Part shown: positions 16,424-25,192 of the stretch, piece after piece
How the letters are laid out: every line of letters starts with the position of its first letter
Numbering within the stretch: the first letter of the stretch is position 1
Virus record (IMG/VR): IMGVR_UViG_3300048599_000086
Span: 1 to 27,600 of that record
Reading direction: 5' to 3' (one strand)
From: a virus
Taxonomy: Duplodnaviria > Caudoviricetes
DNA length: 27,600 bases
Program-made: the position numbers and the translations under genes
Notes under the pieces: model-generated
The model's input: only the letters and a program-made list of their open reading frames with translations
Told to the model about the DNA's origin: nothing
Databases searched by the model: none

Positions 16424-18475
16424 TCAGCGTTGGGGCAGCAACATATACCCATCTCGCATAAGGTCGCGCATCTTTTCCATCAGATCGGCAACCTGCTCAC
16501 GGTCGAACGATTTTCCAACGAGCTGAAGATTGACCACACCGCCATTGCCGCCGCCGCGGCGCGGGTCGGCATTTCCATCGCCAGGCTTCCAGACATCGAG
16601 CTGCTCGCCGGGCTCCAGGTCGACCATGGCACGTACCCGATCGCCGCCACCGATCCCGCCCGGCACCGTGATCGCGCCGCCGGTTTTCATAGCCGGCACA
16701 TTCTGGGACTTGATCGAGGCGACAAGCGACGCTCCTTTTGCGAGCACGGCCGCCATCGCCGCAAGGTTCGCCGGAAATGGCAATTCCAGCGCCTTGGCCG
16801 CGCCGGTGAACATCGAGATAGTACCCTGGATGATGCCGAAGACCTGTGCGGCCCTCGCCATCTTGGAATTCTCCTTACCGAAGGCGCCAGCAATATCCTT
16901 GAACGATCCAGCGATCGAAGCTCCAGCTATACCCCAGGTATTTCCGGCCTGCTCCGCTGCGACCTGATTGGCGCGCGCATAGGTCTCTGCCGAGATCGCG
17001 CCGGCATCGAAAAGCTGCTTGTTCTTTTCGAGCTCGTTGTTGAACTTTTGCCAAGGCAAAAGCATTTCTTCAGTCATCTGAGCGCCGGCCAGTTTGATGG
17101 CCGCATTTGCGGCAGAAACGCCGACCGCATCGAGCTTCGCCCTCAACTCATCATTCAGCTTGATATGATTGGCCTTGGCGATAGCCTCACCTTCGAGGGC
17201 AACCCTGAGCTTTTCCCTTTCGCCGATATCCTTGCCTATCGTCTGGGCTTCCGCTTCGCGTGCCGCTATTGCCTTTTTCTGACTGTCGATAAAGCTATCG
17301 AGCGCCGACTTCGAGCCGAGCACCGGCGCAGTCGTCTGAAGAAACGCCGTTCCAGTTGCGATGACTTCCTTTTGGAGCGACCGGAAGTCGTACAGCATCC
17401 CGGCAATCGGGCTCCGCAGGAAAGCCCCGGCCATTGCCGAGCCCGCATTGACGGCAGCACCCTGAAGCGAGTCGAAAATCTGCTTCGTTTCGGAAAGCTG
17501 CTTATTCGTCGCAGCGCCGGTGGCCTGGAATGTCTCCCAAGCCGCGGCAATCTTGCTCGTGTCGAAAGTTGTAAGGGACGCCAGCAGATCCTTTAGCGCG
17601 ACGGCCTCGACGCCAATACGCTGCAAGCCGACAGCAAATAGCGCAACCTCGCGCGCGGTTACCAAAACTGCAGTTTGAATTGCATCGACGACATTCTTGA
17701 CAACACCGCCATCCTTGGCGAGTTGCACCATTGCGTTCGACAGCATTTCAAGGTTTGGCGCAAGATAGGCCGTTACCTGAAGTGACACGCCATCCATGAC
17801 CTTGTGCAAGCGCGTCATGTTGTCGTTGAAGGCTTCCGCCGCAACTGCTGTTTTCTTGTCGATCACAAGGCCAAATTCTTCGGCCTCCTGCTTGGCTTCC
17901 TTCAGGCCATCCTTGCCCGCATTGAGCAGCGGGATCATATTCGCCCCGGCCTTGCCGAAGATTGCGACAGCGATCGCGGACTTCTCCGCGCTGTCTTTGT
18001 ATCCTTCGAACTTGTCGGCAACCTCATCGAGCACAGCGGACGATGATTTGAGCGTCCCGTTTCCTTCGGTAACGCTCACGCCCATCTTGCGGAATGCCTC
18101 CGCCGCCGGACCCGTTCCGCCGCCGGCGATGTCGCTCATATTCTTCGACAACTTTACAATCGCTTTTCCGAAATCCTCGATCGAGACATCGGAGAGGTCG
18201 GCGGCATGTTTCAGCTTCGACAATTCCTCGACTGGCAGGCCAACCGATTGTGCGAGCTTGCCGAGCTTGTCGGCCTCTTCCAAAGACTTCTTAATGGACA
18301 GCGCAACGCCACCCATCGCAACTGCGAAGGATGCAGCAAGAGCTGCCGCCGCAGTATCGAGTTGCCGGCCGAACTTCGCGATCGAGGACTGAGCATCCCT
18401 CAGGCCCTTGTCGAGGGCGGCAGAATCCGCCCCGATCACGACCCGGAGCGCTCCGATCACAGAATTACCCGCCAT
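16424..18475 (-). CDS. Tail tape measure protein
   Basis: IGALRVVIGADS start, Ala-rich helical body, IFGKAGANMIPLLNAG. Confidence 0.92.
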   Translation of the reverse strand: MAGNSVIGALRVVIGADSAALDKGLRDAQSSIAKFGRQLDTAAAALAASFAVAMGGVALSIKKSLEEADKLGKLAQSVGLPVEELSKLKHAADLSDVSIEDFGKAIVKLSKNMSDIAGGGTGPAAEAFRKMGVSVTEGNGTLKSSSAVLDEVADKFEGYKDSAEKSAIAVAIFGKAGANMIPLLNAGKDGLKEAKQEAEEFGLVIDKKTAVAAEAFNDNMTRLHKVMDGVSLQVTAYLAPNLEMLSNAMVQLAKDGGVVKNVVDAIQTAVLVTAREVALFAVGLQRIGVEAVALKDLLASLTTFDTSKIAAAWETFQATGAATNKQLSETKQIFDSLQGAAVNAGSAMAGAFLRSPIAGMLYDFRSLQKEVIATGTAFLQTTAPVLGSKSALDSFIDSQKKAIAAREAEAQTIGKDIGEREKLRVALEGEAIAKANHIKLNDELRAKLDAVGVSAANAAIKLAGAQMTEEMLLPWQKFNNELEKNKQLFDAGAISAETYARANQVAAEQAGNTWGIAGASIAGSFKDIAGAFGKENSKMARAAQVFGIIQGTISMFTGAAKALELPFPANLAAMAAVLAKGASLVASIKSQNVPAMKTGGAITVPGGIGGGDRVRAMVDLEPGEQLDVWKPGDGNADPRRGGGNGGVVNLQLVGKSFDREQVADLMEKMRDLMRDGYMLLPQR

Positions 18476-18479
18476 CCAC

Positions 18480-18815
18480 TTACCGCCTCGTCTCGGGGAA
18501 GGTTACGCCCGCCATCATCTTGGCGATGGAGAGCATCTGGGATTCGGTCTGGGGCGCACGCTTGCCGCCGCCGACCTTCACCAGGAGATTGTCGAGTTTT
18601 TGCAACTTCTTGATGCGAGTAAGCACCGCAATATGCCAAGCGAGCCAAGCTCGATCATTATGCTCGCGATCCTGCAATTGAGAGGCGGCCTCGAAAGCCA
18701 ACTCCACAAGCCGCGGGGTTGATTCCCAGAACTCCGCTTCCGCAAACCCGCTGCGACGCCACGCGATCAATAGGCCGGACCAATCTATCCTCGACGGCCC
18801 GGCTTCTGAGGGCGC
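18480..18815 (-). CDS. Tail assembly chaperone T segment (probably reached by -1 frameshift)
   Basis: Frame is open upstream of TTG 18770 and overlaps the G gene: PSEAGPSRIDWSGLLIAW...EFWESTPR. Confidence 0.7.
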   Translation of the reverse strand, partial: APSEAGPSRIDWSGLLIAWRRSGFAEAEFWESTPRLVELAFEAASQLQDREHNDRAWLAWHIAVLTRIKKLQKLDNLLVKVGGGKRAPQTESQMLSIAKMMAGVTFPETRR

Positions 18816-19138
18816 GGCTTCGCCGGGGCCTCTTGCTGTCCGCGCGCCATCGCCTTCGCGATCAAGGCGACAGTGATATCGATCGGTCCCATGTCCTGCA
18901 TCAGGTCGGCGGCCTGATCTCGCGTGAGGTCAGGATGATGTCGAGACAGACCGACCCAGAAGAACAGGATTACATCCGACACTTTGATCTTCGAAGCGTC
19001 GGAATACTGCGCCGCAAATTCCGGGAAGGTCTTCTCCGTCAACCCCTCGATCTTCGCCATCGCCGCAAAATCGATGCGCAGGGTGTAGGATTTCCCCTCG
19101 ACATCGAACGCCACCTCACCCTTCAACGGATTTGCCAT
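18785..19138 (-). CDS. Tail assembly chaperone G (GTA gp10-like)
   Basis: MANPLKGEVAFDVEGKSYTLRIDFAAMAKIE; lies between the tail tube and tape measure genes. Confidence 0.85.
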   Translation of the reverse strand: MANPLKGEVAFDVEGKSYTLRIDFAAMAKIEGLTEKTFPEFAAQYSDASKIKVSDVILFFWVGLSRHHPDLTRDQAADLMQDMGPIDITVALIAKAMARGQQEAPAKPRPQKPGRRG

Positions 19139-19148
19139 TGGTTCACCG

Positions 19149-19565
19149 TCAGGCCAGGGTCGGCTTGCCGGACACCTTGTAGGTAACGCTCGCGACCATC
19201 TTGTCGTCGAGCGGCGCTTCCGGCTCGAAGGCAGTGCAGAGTGCCTTGAAGCTGAAGATTTCACCGGTCGTGAAGACGATCTGCTTATTGCCGGCGGCGG
19301 CTTCGATCTCAGCCAGCAGTAAAAGCGTGGTGGCGCTTCCCGGCACGAAATTGAGCTCCAGCGAAACCTCGCCGCCATCCTTCATGCCGCCGATAAACTC
19401 GCGCCAACCTTCCGGACTCTCTTCATGAGACGCATCGATCGAATCGCGCGCCAAGCTCGGCGGCGTGATCGAGGTCACCTCCGCAACCGTCGTGAACACT
19501 TCCGGCGAGGCACCATTGCCGATCTTGAACAACACGCCATAGCCGATCTTTGCCTGCGTCGTCAT
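19149..19565 (-). CDS. Major tail tube protein
   Basis: VAEVTSITPPSLARDSIDASH...WREFIGGMKDGGEV...YKVSGKP; AAGGAG RBS. Confidence 0.9.
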   Translation of the reverse strand: MTTQAKIGYGVLFKIGNGASPEVFTTVAEVTSITPPSLARDSIDASHEESPEGWREFIGGMKDGGEVSLELNFVPGSATTLLLLAEIEAAAGNKQIVFTTGEIFSFKALCTAFEPEAPLDDKMVASVTYKVSGKPTLA

Positions 19566-19632
19566 CGCGGCGCTCCTTTGGAATCAGATTGTGAGGGTTG
19601 CCCGCAATAACCCAGCGGATCGGGACGGAAGA

Positions 19633-20040
19633 TCAGGACAGCGTTGCGCCGGAAGCGTTGATGCCGATCGCAAGCACCGAGGTCGACTTCGCGATACCAA
19701 CGATGCAGGCATATTCACCCGAGCCGACATCGGCCAGCGCGCAAATCCCGCCCGGCGTATCGGACAGGTAATAGGTCACGCCCGCCGTCAGCGTGCCGCC
19801 GATCGTGATATCGCCGGAGCGCTGGATCGCAAGCGGCTGATTGGCGCCGGCGCTATTCAGCGCCACGCCGCGCGGTACGCGCAATGCGGCAGCGCCGTTC
19901 GAATCCGCGAGCTGATAAAGCCCAGCGGCGTCACGATAAACCATCTGGCCTGCCGTGATCGCAGCGCCGGCAAAGCCGTTTTCGGTGACAGCATTGGATC
20001 CGCTCACCACGTTGCCGGCCGTCACGCTGATATCTGCCAT
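19633..20040 (-). CDS. Small Ala/Gly-rich virion (decoration-like) protein
   Basis: AGAAITAGQMVY, GVALNSAGANQP, YYLSDTPGGI; AAGGAG RBS. Confidence 0.7.
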   Translation of the reverse strand: MADISVTAGNVVSGSNAVTENGFAGAAITAGQMVYRDAAGLYQLADSNGAAALRVPRGVALNSAGANQPLAIQRSGDITIGGTLTAGVTYYLSDTPGGICALADVGSGEYACIVGIAKSTSVLAIGINASGATLS

Positions 20041-20055
20041 TTCACGTCTCCTTTG

Positions 20056-20697
20056 CTAGACCAGAAGGAGACGCCGCGCCCCCTTTCTGACATTTTCAGG
20101 CGCCCATAGCGGGCGCAGGTTCGAAAGCGCCCATGCGCTTTTAAATCCTTGATCAGTCGCCTTGCTGTACTCGTGGAGGGCTAAGGGAACGATGTGGTCT
20201 ACGTGCCAGTCGCCGTAGTTTTCCCAAGACATTCCGTCCTGAAACTGACGCTCAAGATGCCTCATCAATTCTTCAACAGTGAAGCCGAGAAGCTTAAAAG
20301 ACGGCTCCCCGTTCTTTACCTCGCGCAGCGCTCTAACCAACGCGCGCGACACGTTACTCTCTAAACGTCCTTTGGCAGTAGCGCGGCGCCGGCGCATGGC
20401 CTCACGGGTGTGAGCCCGATGCGCATCAATATTATCTTTGACCCATCTGCGCGCATAATCCGCGTGCCATTCCCTGCGCTTCGCATAGTAGGCGGACTGC
20501 CACCGAGCTCGTCGCTCTTTGCTGCGATCTAGCCTTCCTTGGCGATCATGGTCATCAAGGCTCGCGTACCATCGATCATGATACCCCTTCCGGCAAGCGC
20601 GGCAGTTTAGGGTGAATCCGTCCGGCTGAGACTTATCTCGATTGAAATCAGCGAGGACTTTGATCTCTTGACACTTGGAGCAATATTTTTGGGTCAT
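20056..20697 (-). CDS. Free-standing HNH endonuclease
   Basis: CSKC...CRAC Zn finger; WHVDHIVPL...SNLRPLWAPENVRKG. Confidence 0.88.
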   Translation of the reverse strand: MTQKYCSKCQEIKVLADFNRDKSQPDGFTLNCRACRKGYHDRWYASLDDHDRQGRLDRSKERRARWQSAYYAKRREWHADYARRWVKDNIDAHRAHTREAMRRRRATAKGRLESNVSRALVRALREVKNGEPSFKLLGFTVEELMRHLERQFQDGMSWENYGDWHVDHIVPLALHEYSKATDQGFKSAWALSNLRPLWAPENVRKGARRLLLV

Positions 20698-20757
20698 GGA
20701 CCGATTCTAGTTTGGTCCTACGCCAATAAAAATGCCGCACGGCCGAACTTTCCACAG

Positions 20758-21216
20758 TCATCCCTTCATTTTCGCGAGTTCACGCGCTGCCTTGCGGGCG
20801 AGCCTTGCGCGGGCCTTTTCGATCTGTTCCGCGAGCGACGTCTTGATGCCATCCAGCACACGCATTACGTTGCCGTCCCATGCGGGACGAAGATGCGGAT
20901 GCGGCGCCTGGTGCGAATTGCCGAATTCGGTCTGCACTGATTTTGGATGCGGCGTCGGGCCAACAAAGACCTCGACCATGGATTCTTTCTTGTGCAGACC
21001 CTTTTGCCGCCGGGAAAGCTTGGTACCGACCGTGTAGGAGTCCGCAAGCTTGCCGCTCAACCGCGGCGCATTGGCTTCGCCGGCATCGGCGATCGGCTGG
21101 CCCTGCTCCTTCAAGGTCCGGAGCAGAACATTCCGCGCGGTCGCCTTCGGCAATTCCTTCAAGGCCTCATCCAACTCCTTCAGGCCCTCCAGCTTGAAGA
21201 ACTTCTTGGCCATCAC
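20758..21216 (-). CDS. HK97 gp10-like tail component
   Basis: LEGLKELDEALKELP, APRLSGKL, EFGNSHQAPHPHLRPAWD. Confidence 0.9.
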   Translation of the reverse strand: MMAKKFFKLEGLKELDEALKELPKATARNVLLRTLKEQGQPIADAGEANAPRLSGKLADSYTVGTKLSRRQKGLHKKESMVEVFVGPTPHPKSVQTEFGNSHQAPHPHLRPAWDGNVMRVLDGIKTSLAEQIEKARARLARKAARELAKMKG

Positions 21217-21626
21217 CGCTCCGAATAGACCACGCGATAATCGGCAAGCTTGCCGCGCAGGTCCGCGACGGTATCGTCAATATCCCGCCAGCTATCGATA
21301 AACACGCCCTGAACTTCTACTTCGTTCGCACCCGAGCCCATCGGGCCGCAGTAACCGTCGACCGCTTCTTTCACCGCGAGATGCAGCGCATGAGCGCCAT
21401 CGGCCGTCTTCGACCAACACCCGACCTGGATGCGCGACGTCGAAAGCCCCGACGCACCTTCCATGTGATGATCACCGACGCCCGAAATCTCATTGATGGC
21501 GATCGAATCCCCGCGCTCACCCTGCGGTAGCCTCACCGGGTATACTCGCGCCACGACAAGGGCCGCGACCGCTGCATTTCCGAGCAGATGCGCGCGAAAC
21601 GCCTTTCGGATATCCTTGAGTGCCAT
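21213..21626 (-). CDS. Tail completion protein (DUF3168-like)
   Basis: RVYPVRLPQG, RIQVGCWS; position in the head-tail module. Confidence 0.8.
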   Translation of the reverse strand: MALKDIRKAFRAHLLGNAAVAALVVARVYPVRLPQGERGDSIAINEISGVGDHHMEGASGLSTSRIQVGCWSKTADGAHALHLAVKEAVDGYCGPMGSGANEVEVQGVFIDSWRDIDDTVADLRGKLADYRVVYSER

Positions 21627-22003
21627 CAGGCATCGGTCCGGCGAGAGCAGCGGATGCGAAGATCGACTTCCCGGCCAACCTCTTCCGCTCCAAGAACATC
21701 GAAAACCCGCCCCACGGCCGGCGCCTGCGTATTGGCGCTCACATCATGCGCGGGATAGATCAACCGATCCTTCGGCGTCAGCGGACGATAGACATCCGGG
21801 ATCGAGTGAAACCGCACGGTGAAGGTGACTTCCTGCTCCGCCACTTCCTGAGCCGACGTGTAGCGCTCCGCCCCCGGCGTAGGCACTTGCGAGGCTGGTA
21901 TCTGGAACGCGATATCCGACCAGGTCGGCACCGGCTCTCCGGACTCTGATTGGACCATCGATGCACGCTGCACCGTGACGATCCGGTCATACCGGCGCTG
22001 CAT
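21626..22003 (-). CDS. Head closure / head-tail joining protein
   Basis: DRIVTVQR...SGEPVPTW...FTVRF; position after the connector. Confidence 0.8.
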   Translation of the reverse strand: MQRRYDRIVTVQRASMVQSESGEPVPTWSDIAFQIPASQVPTPGAERYTSAQEVAEQEVTFTVRFHSIPDVYRPLTPKDRLIYPAHDVSANTQAPAVGRVFDVLGAEEVGREVDLRIRCSRRTDA

Positions 22004-22593
22004 CAGAAGCGCTTTCGCTCATACTTCGCGAGCAAGGATTCCACTGAGAGCGGCATCTTCGCCACGATGTTCCCAACATTTACGGCGGAAGGATTGTCGA
22101 ACCAGTGACGGATCAGGAGCGCCATTGCGTGCTTGATATCGTCCGGCCCTGACCATGCACCCGTCACCGTCGGATATCCGGCAAGGTAGGTCACCCGCAC
22201 CGCAGGCCGCACATCGCTCAAGGCGGCAAACGAATAGGTGTCCAGAAACTTCACATAAGGACCAAGATCGTCGACCAACAGCGAATAGTACGCCGCATCG
22301 ATCGTCTGCTCGGCGCCATTCGTGTCGGTATACTTCACGCTGGTGATCGAGATCACCGGCGCGAGCGGAATGCGCAGGCAGCGTGCGAACCGGTCGTAAT
22401 CCTGCCGCCAGGTTTGCTCGCACAGGCATCGCCCTAGGATTCCCGCCCACCCGTCCAGATGCGCCGTGGCAGCCGCGATCAGCCCCGTGATCACTGTATC
22501 CTTGTTGGTGTACGAGATATCGAGCCATGCCTTCGCTTCGGTCAGCGTGATCGGCTTAATCACAGGCGCCACTGTTTGGACCGGACGATACAT
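22003..22593 (-). CDS. Head-tail connector (phiE125 gp8-like)
   Basis: PITLTEAKAWL, LGRCLCEQTW, IKHAMALLIRHWFDNP. Confidence 0.9.
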   Translation of the reverse strand: MYRPVQTVAPVIKPITLTEAKAWLDISYTNKDTVITGLIAAATAHLDGWAGILGRCLCEQTWRQDYDRFARCLRIPLAPVISITSVKYTDTNGAEQTIDAAYYSLLVDDLGPYVKFLDTYSFAALSDVRPAVRVTYLAGYPTVTGAWSGPDDIKHAMALLIRHWFDNPSAVNVGNIVAKMPLSVESLLAKYERKRF

Positions 22594-22594
22594 C

Positions 22595-23359
22595 TCAACC
22601 TTCCCGCACCAGCCGGTTCGGATGCTGGCCGTGGTCGTAACGCTTCTCGATCTCTTCGGCGGTCGGAATATCAGCTCGCTGAGTGAACCCCACCTTCACC
22701 GATCCGTCCGATTGATCCTCGAGGCTGACATCCACGCAGTCGTAGCCATAGAGCCGGTCGCGCGGGTCCTCGCAGGCATCGAGCAGCGAGGTTTGCTCCG
22801 GCACCGTGATCTGAATGCCGCGCGCGGCAGCCACGCCAAGCCAGAATTCGACACAGGCCCGGCCCTTCTCGGCCTTGTGCGCATTCGGCAGCGTGTAATC
22901 CATCCCGAACAGCGAGATGCGCTTGACCCCGATATGGATCGCATAGGCGACCGCATAGGCGCCGGTGGAATTGAAATACGGTGCGCCACCGTTGGCATCG
23001 CTGCCGCGGTTCAGAACATCCTGCAACGGAAATGGCACCAGGCCCGCATATCCCTCGCGCGCGATGCTGGTATAGACCGGTCCGGGATGCGTCTTCAGCC
23101 AGCGCACCATCGCGGCGATATTGCCATCCGGATTGAGCGCGGCGCGGCTTTCCTGAATCTTCAGGTCGTCCATATGGAAGATGCGATGGCACTTCAGCAC
23201 ATCGCCCATTGCGTTGAGGCCCCAGACCTCATCGCAATAGGCGGAGACGCCGCCGAGACGGCGGGTCAGCTCGAAGAAAGTCGCACACGAAGGCCCAAGG
23301 CCGACGATGGCGATATGCGCCGGCACGGATGCCGGCGCAATTTCTTGAGCTTCCGACAC
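22595..23359 (-). CDS. CstII/Maf (DUF115, MptE-like) fold putative glycosyltransferase
   Basis: IAIVGLGPS, VWGLN, STGAYAVAYAIHIGVKRISLFGMDY...H. Confidence 0.7.
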   Translation of the reverse strand: MSEAQEIAPASVPAHIAIVGLGPSCATFFELTRRLGGVSAYCDEVWGLNAMGDVLKCHRIFHMDDLKIQESRAALNPDGNIAAMVRWLKTHPGPVYTSIAREGYAGLVPFPLQDVLNRGSDANGGAPYFNSTGAYAVAYAIHIGVKRISLFGMDYTLPNAHKAEKGRACVEFWLGVAAARGIQITVPEQTSLLDACEDPRDRLYGYDCVDVSLEDQSDGSVKVGFTQRADIPTAEEIEKRYDHGQHPNRLVREG

Positions 23360-23769
23360 TAGGCGACCGGAGCGCGCGAAGGCTTGCCGAGCACGACCGA
23401 GGCCGCAACCAGCGCGGTCGCGGTGCCGACGCCATAAAGCCGGAGCTTCAGATAGCGCTTGTTGCCCTGATAGCCGACACGACCGACAACACCCGCCGCC
23501 GTGGTGAGGGTGAGCGCCGCCTCGGTGCCGAGCAGATCGGCATTGGCGACGGACGTGAACGAGTCGCCGGTGGCCGCGGCTTCCAGCACGACCGGAGTGA
23601 TCGTGTCGGCAACCGACGCACTGCCGCCGGACTGATAGATGAACTCGACGGTATCGAACCCCCGGCGATCGATGATGCCGGAGAGCTGGCCGTTGGCGGC
23701 GCCCGTCGTACCAACGGCCACGGGCTTGATCGCCCGCAGAACGCTGATGTTGTTGTGCATGTCACGCAT
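23359..23769 (-). CDS. Capsid-adjacent virion (decoration-like) protein
   Basis: IIDRRGFDTVEF, VGYQGNKRYLKL; directly follows the capsid gene; AAGGA RBS. Confidence 0.75.
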   Translation of the reverse strand: MRDMHNNISVLRAIKPVAVGTTGAANGQLSGIIDRRGFDTVEFIYQSGGSASVADTITPVVLEAAATGDSFTSVANADLLGTEAALTLTTAAGVVGRVGYQGNKRYLKLRLYGVGTATALVAASVVLGKPSRAPVA

Positions 23770-23810
23770 TGACGTGATCCTTTCGCTTGAATTGGGTTTG
23801 AAGATCGCGA

Positions 23811-23834
23811 ACCGGCGGCCGGGAGGCCGCCGGT
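23811..23834 (-). terminator. Hairpin after the capsid gene (weak terminator or mRNA stabiliser)
   Basis: Perfect 10-bp stem ACCGGCGGCC/GGCCGCCGGT with a 4-nt loop; no real U tract. Confidence 0.5.
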
Positions 23835-23845
23835 CAATGCGCGGG

Positions 23846-25192
23846 CTAGCTGTTGAACAGCATCGTCTTGATGGCTTCGAAGTTCACCACGCCGCCACCG
23901 GTACGCTTGGTGGTGTAGAACTTGACGTAGGGCTTCGAGGTCAGGTTGTCGCGCAGGGTGCGCATGCCTTGGCGATCGACGATCTGGTAGGCCGCCGCGA
24001 AGTCACCGAACCACAGCGAGAGACTGTCGGCCGCGAGCGCCGGCGTATCTTCCGCGCGCGTGATCGGATAGCCGAGCAACTGCTCGGGCACACCCGCCTG
24101 CAGACCCGGCTGCCAGATGTAGCCGTTCGTGGTCGACTCCTTGAACTTGCGGACCTTGGTGATGACCGAGCGACGAGTCACCCAGCGGGAATTTGCGAGA
24201 TATTCCTGCTTCACCAACCCGATCAGATCGAACAGCTTGTCGGCCGGGGTCGAAGCCGCGAAATCGGCCGAGGCACCGGACTTGACGTAGCCGATCGAGC
24301 CCCAGGTCACGCCCGAACCCGAATCCGCAGCGGTCGGATACGAGGCAAAGCCCCGGATTTTGGCCGCACCGTTGACGAACTCGTTGTTTTCGAAACGCCC
24401 GAACTTGTTGCCGACCTTGTCGGCGAGCCAGGCTTCGATATCGACCACGCTGTCATCCAGCAATTGCTGGGTGGTCTTCGGCTCGGTGTCGATCCAGTAG
24501 ACCGGGATGCGCCACTTGCCGACCTGCGGCGTCGTGGTGTCGCTGCCCTGCGCCTGCTCGCCGGCATAGCCGGCGCCGGCCTCGCCCAGATCCTCGATGC
24601 CTTCCAGAGCATCGGTCGAGATGGTCTGCACCGAGGCGATCTGACGGATCGGCGAGGTTTCATAGACCTTCTTGACGATACGGCCGCCGGTGTCCGGGGT
24701 GACGAAATAACCACCATCCGGATCGGAGCCGACCGAGAGGGTCTTCATCTCTTCCGGGGACAGCAGACGATCGCCCTTGCGCAAATAGCGCGAGTGCGCC
24801 GCCTTGTATTCGTCATAGCCCTTCTCGTCGAGCGGCGCGAAGGATTCCTTCCGCTCGGCATTGTGCGCGATCAGAGTCAGATTGTGAGTCTTGATCTCAA
24901 GCTCGCGCTTGCCGGCGTCACCGTCCTTGGTGACGCCCATGCGGTTGAACTTCTTTTCGAGTTCTTCGCGCTCCTTCCTCTCGGCCTCGATCTTGGCCTC
25001 GATCGCGGCCTTGGCCTCGACCGCGGTGTCGAGGGATTTCTCGATCTTCTCGAGCTTGTCCTTGGAGATGATGTCGTCGGCATTCGCCTTCTTCTTCATC
25101 TCGCCATCGATCATGCCCTTGAAGGCCTCGAAGGCTTCACCCTGCTTGTCGAGCAGGGTCTTGAATTCCGTCATATCCATTTGATTCACCAT
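23846..25192 (-). CDS. Major capsid protein, HK97 family
   Basis: Coiled-coil delta domain; LSVGSDPDGGYFV, SPIRQIA, LLGYPI, FGDFAAAYQIVDR, KFYTTKRTGGGVVNFEAIK. Confidence 0.97.
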   Translation of the reverse strand: MVNQMDMTEFKTLLDKQGEAFEAFKGMIDGEMKKKANADDIISKDKLEKIEKSLDTAVEAKAAIEAKIEAERKEREELEKKFNRMGVTKDGDAGKRELEIKTHNLTLIAHNAERKESFAPLDEKGYDEYKAAHSRYLRKGDRLLSPEEMKTLSVGSDPDGGYFVTPDTGGRIVKKVYETSPIRQIASVQTISTDALEGIEDLGEAGAGYAGEQAQGSDTTTPQVGKWRIPVYWIDTEPKTTQQLLDDSVVDIEAWLADKVGNKFGRFENNEFVNGAAKIRGFASYPTAADSGSGVTWGSIGYVKSGASADFAASTPADKLFDLIGLVKQEYLANSRWVTRRSVITKVRKFKESTTNGYIWQPGLQAGVPEQLLGYPITRAEDTPALAADSLSLWFGDFAAAYQIVDRQGMRTLRDNLTSKPYVKFYTTKRTGGGVVNFEAIKTMLFNS

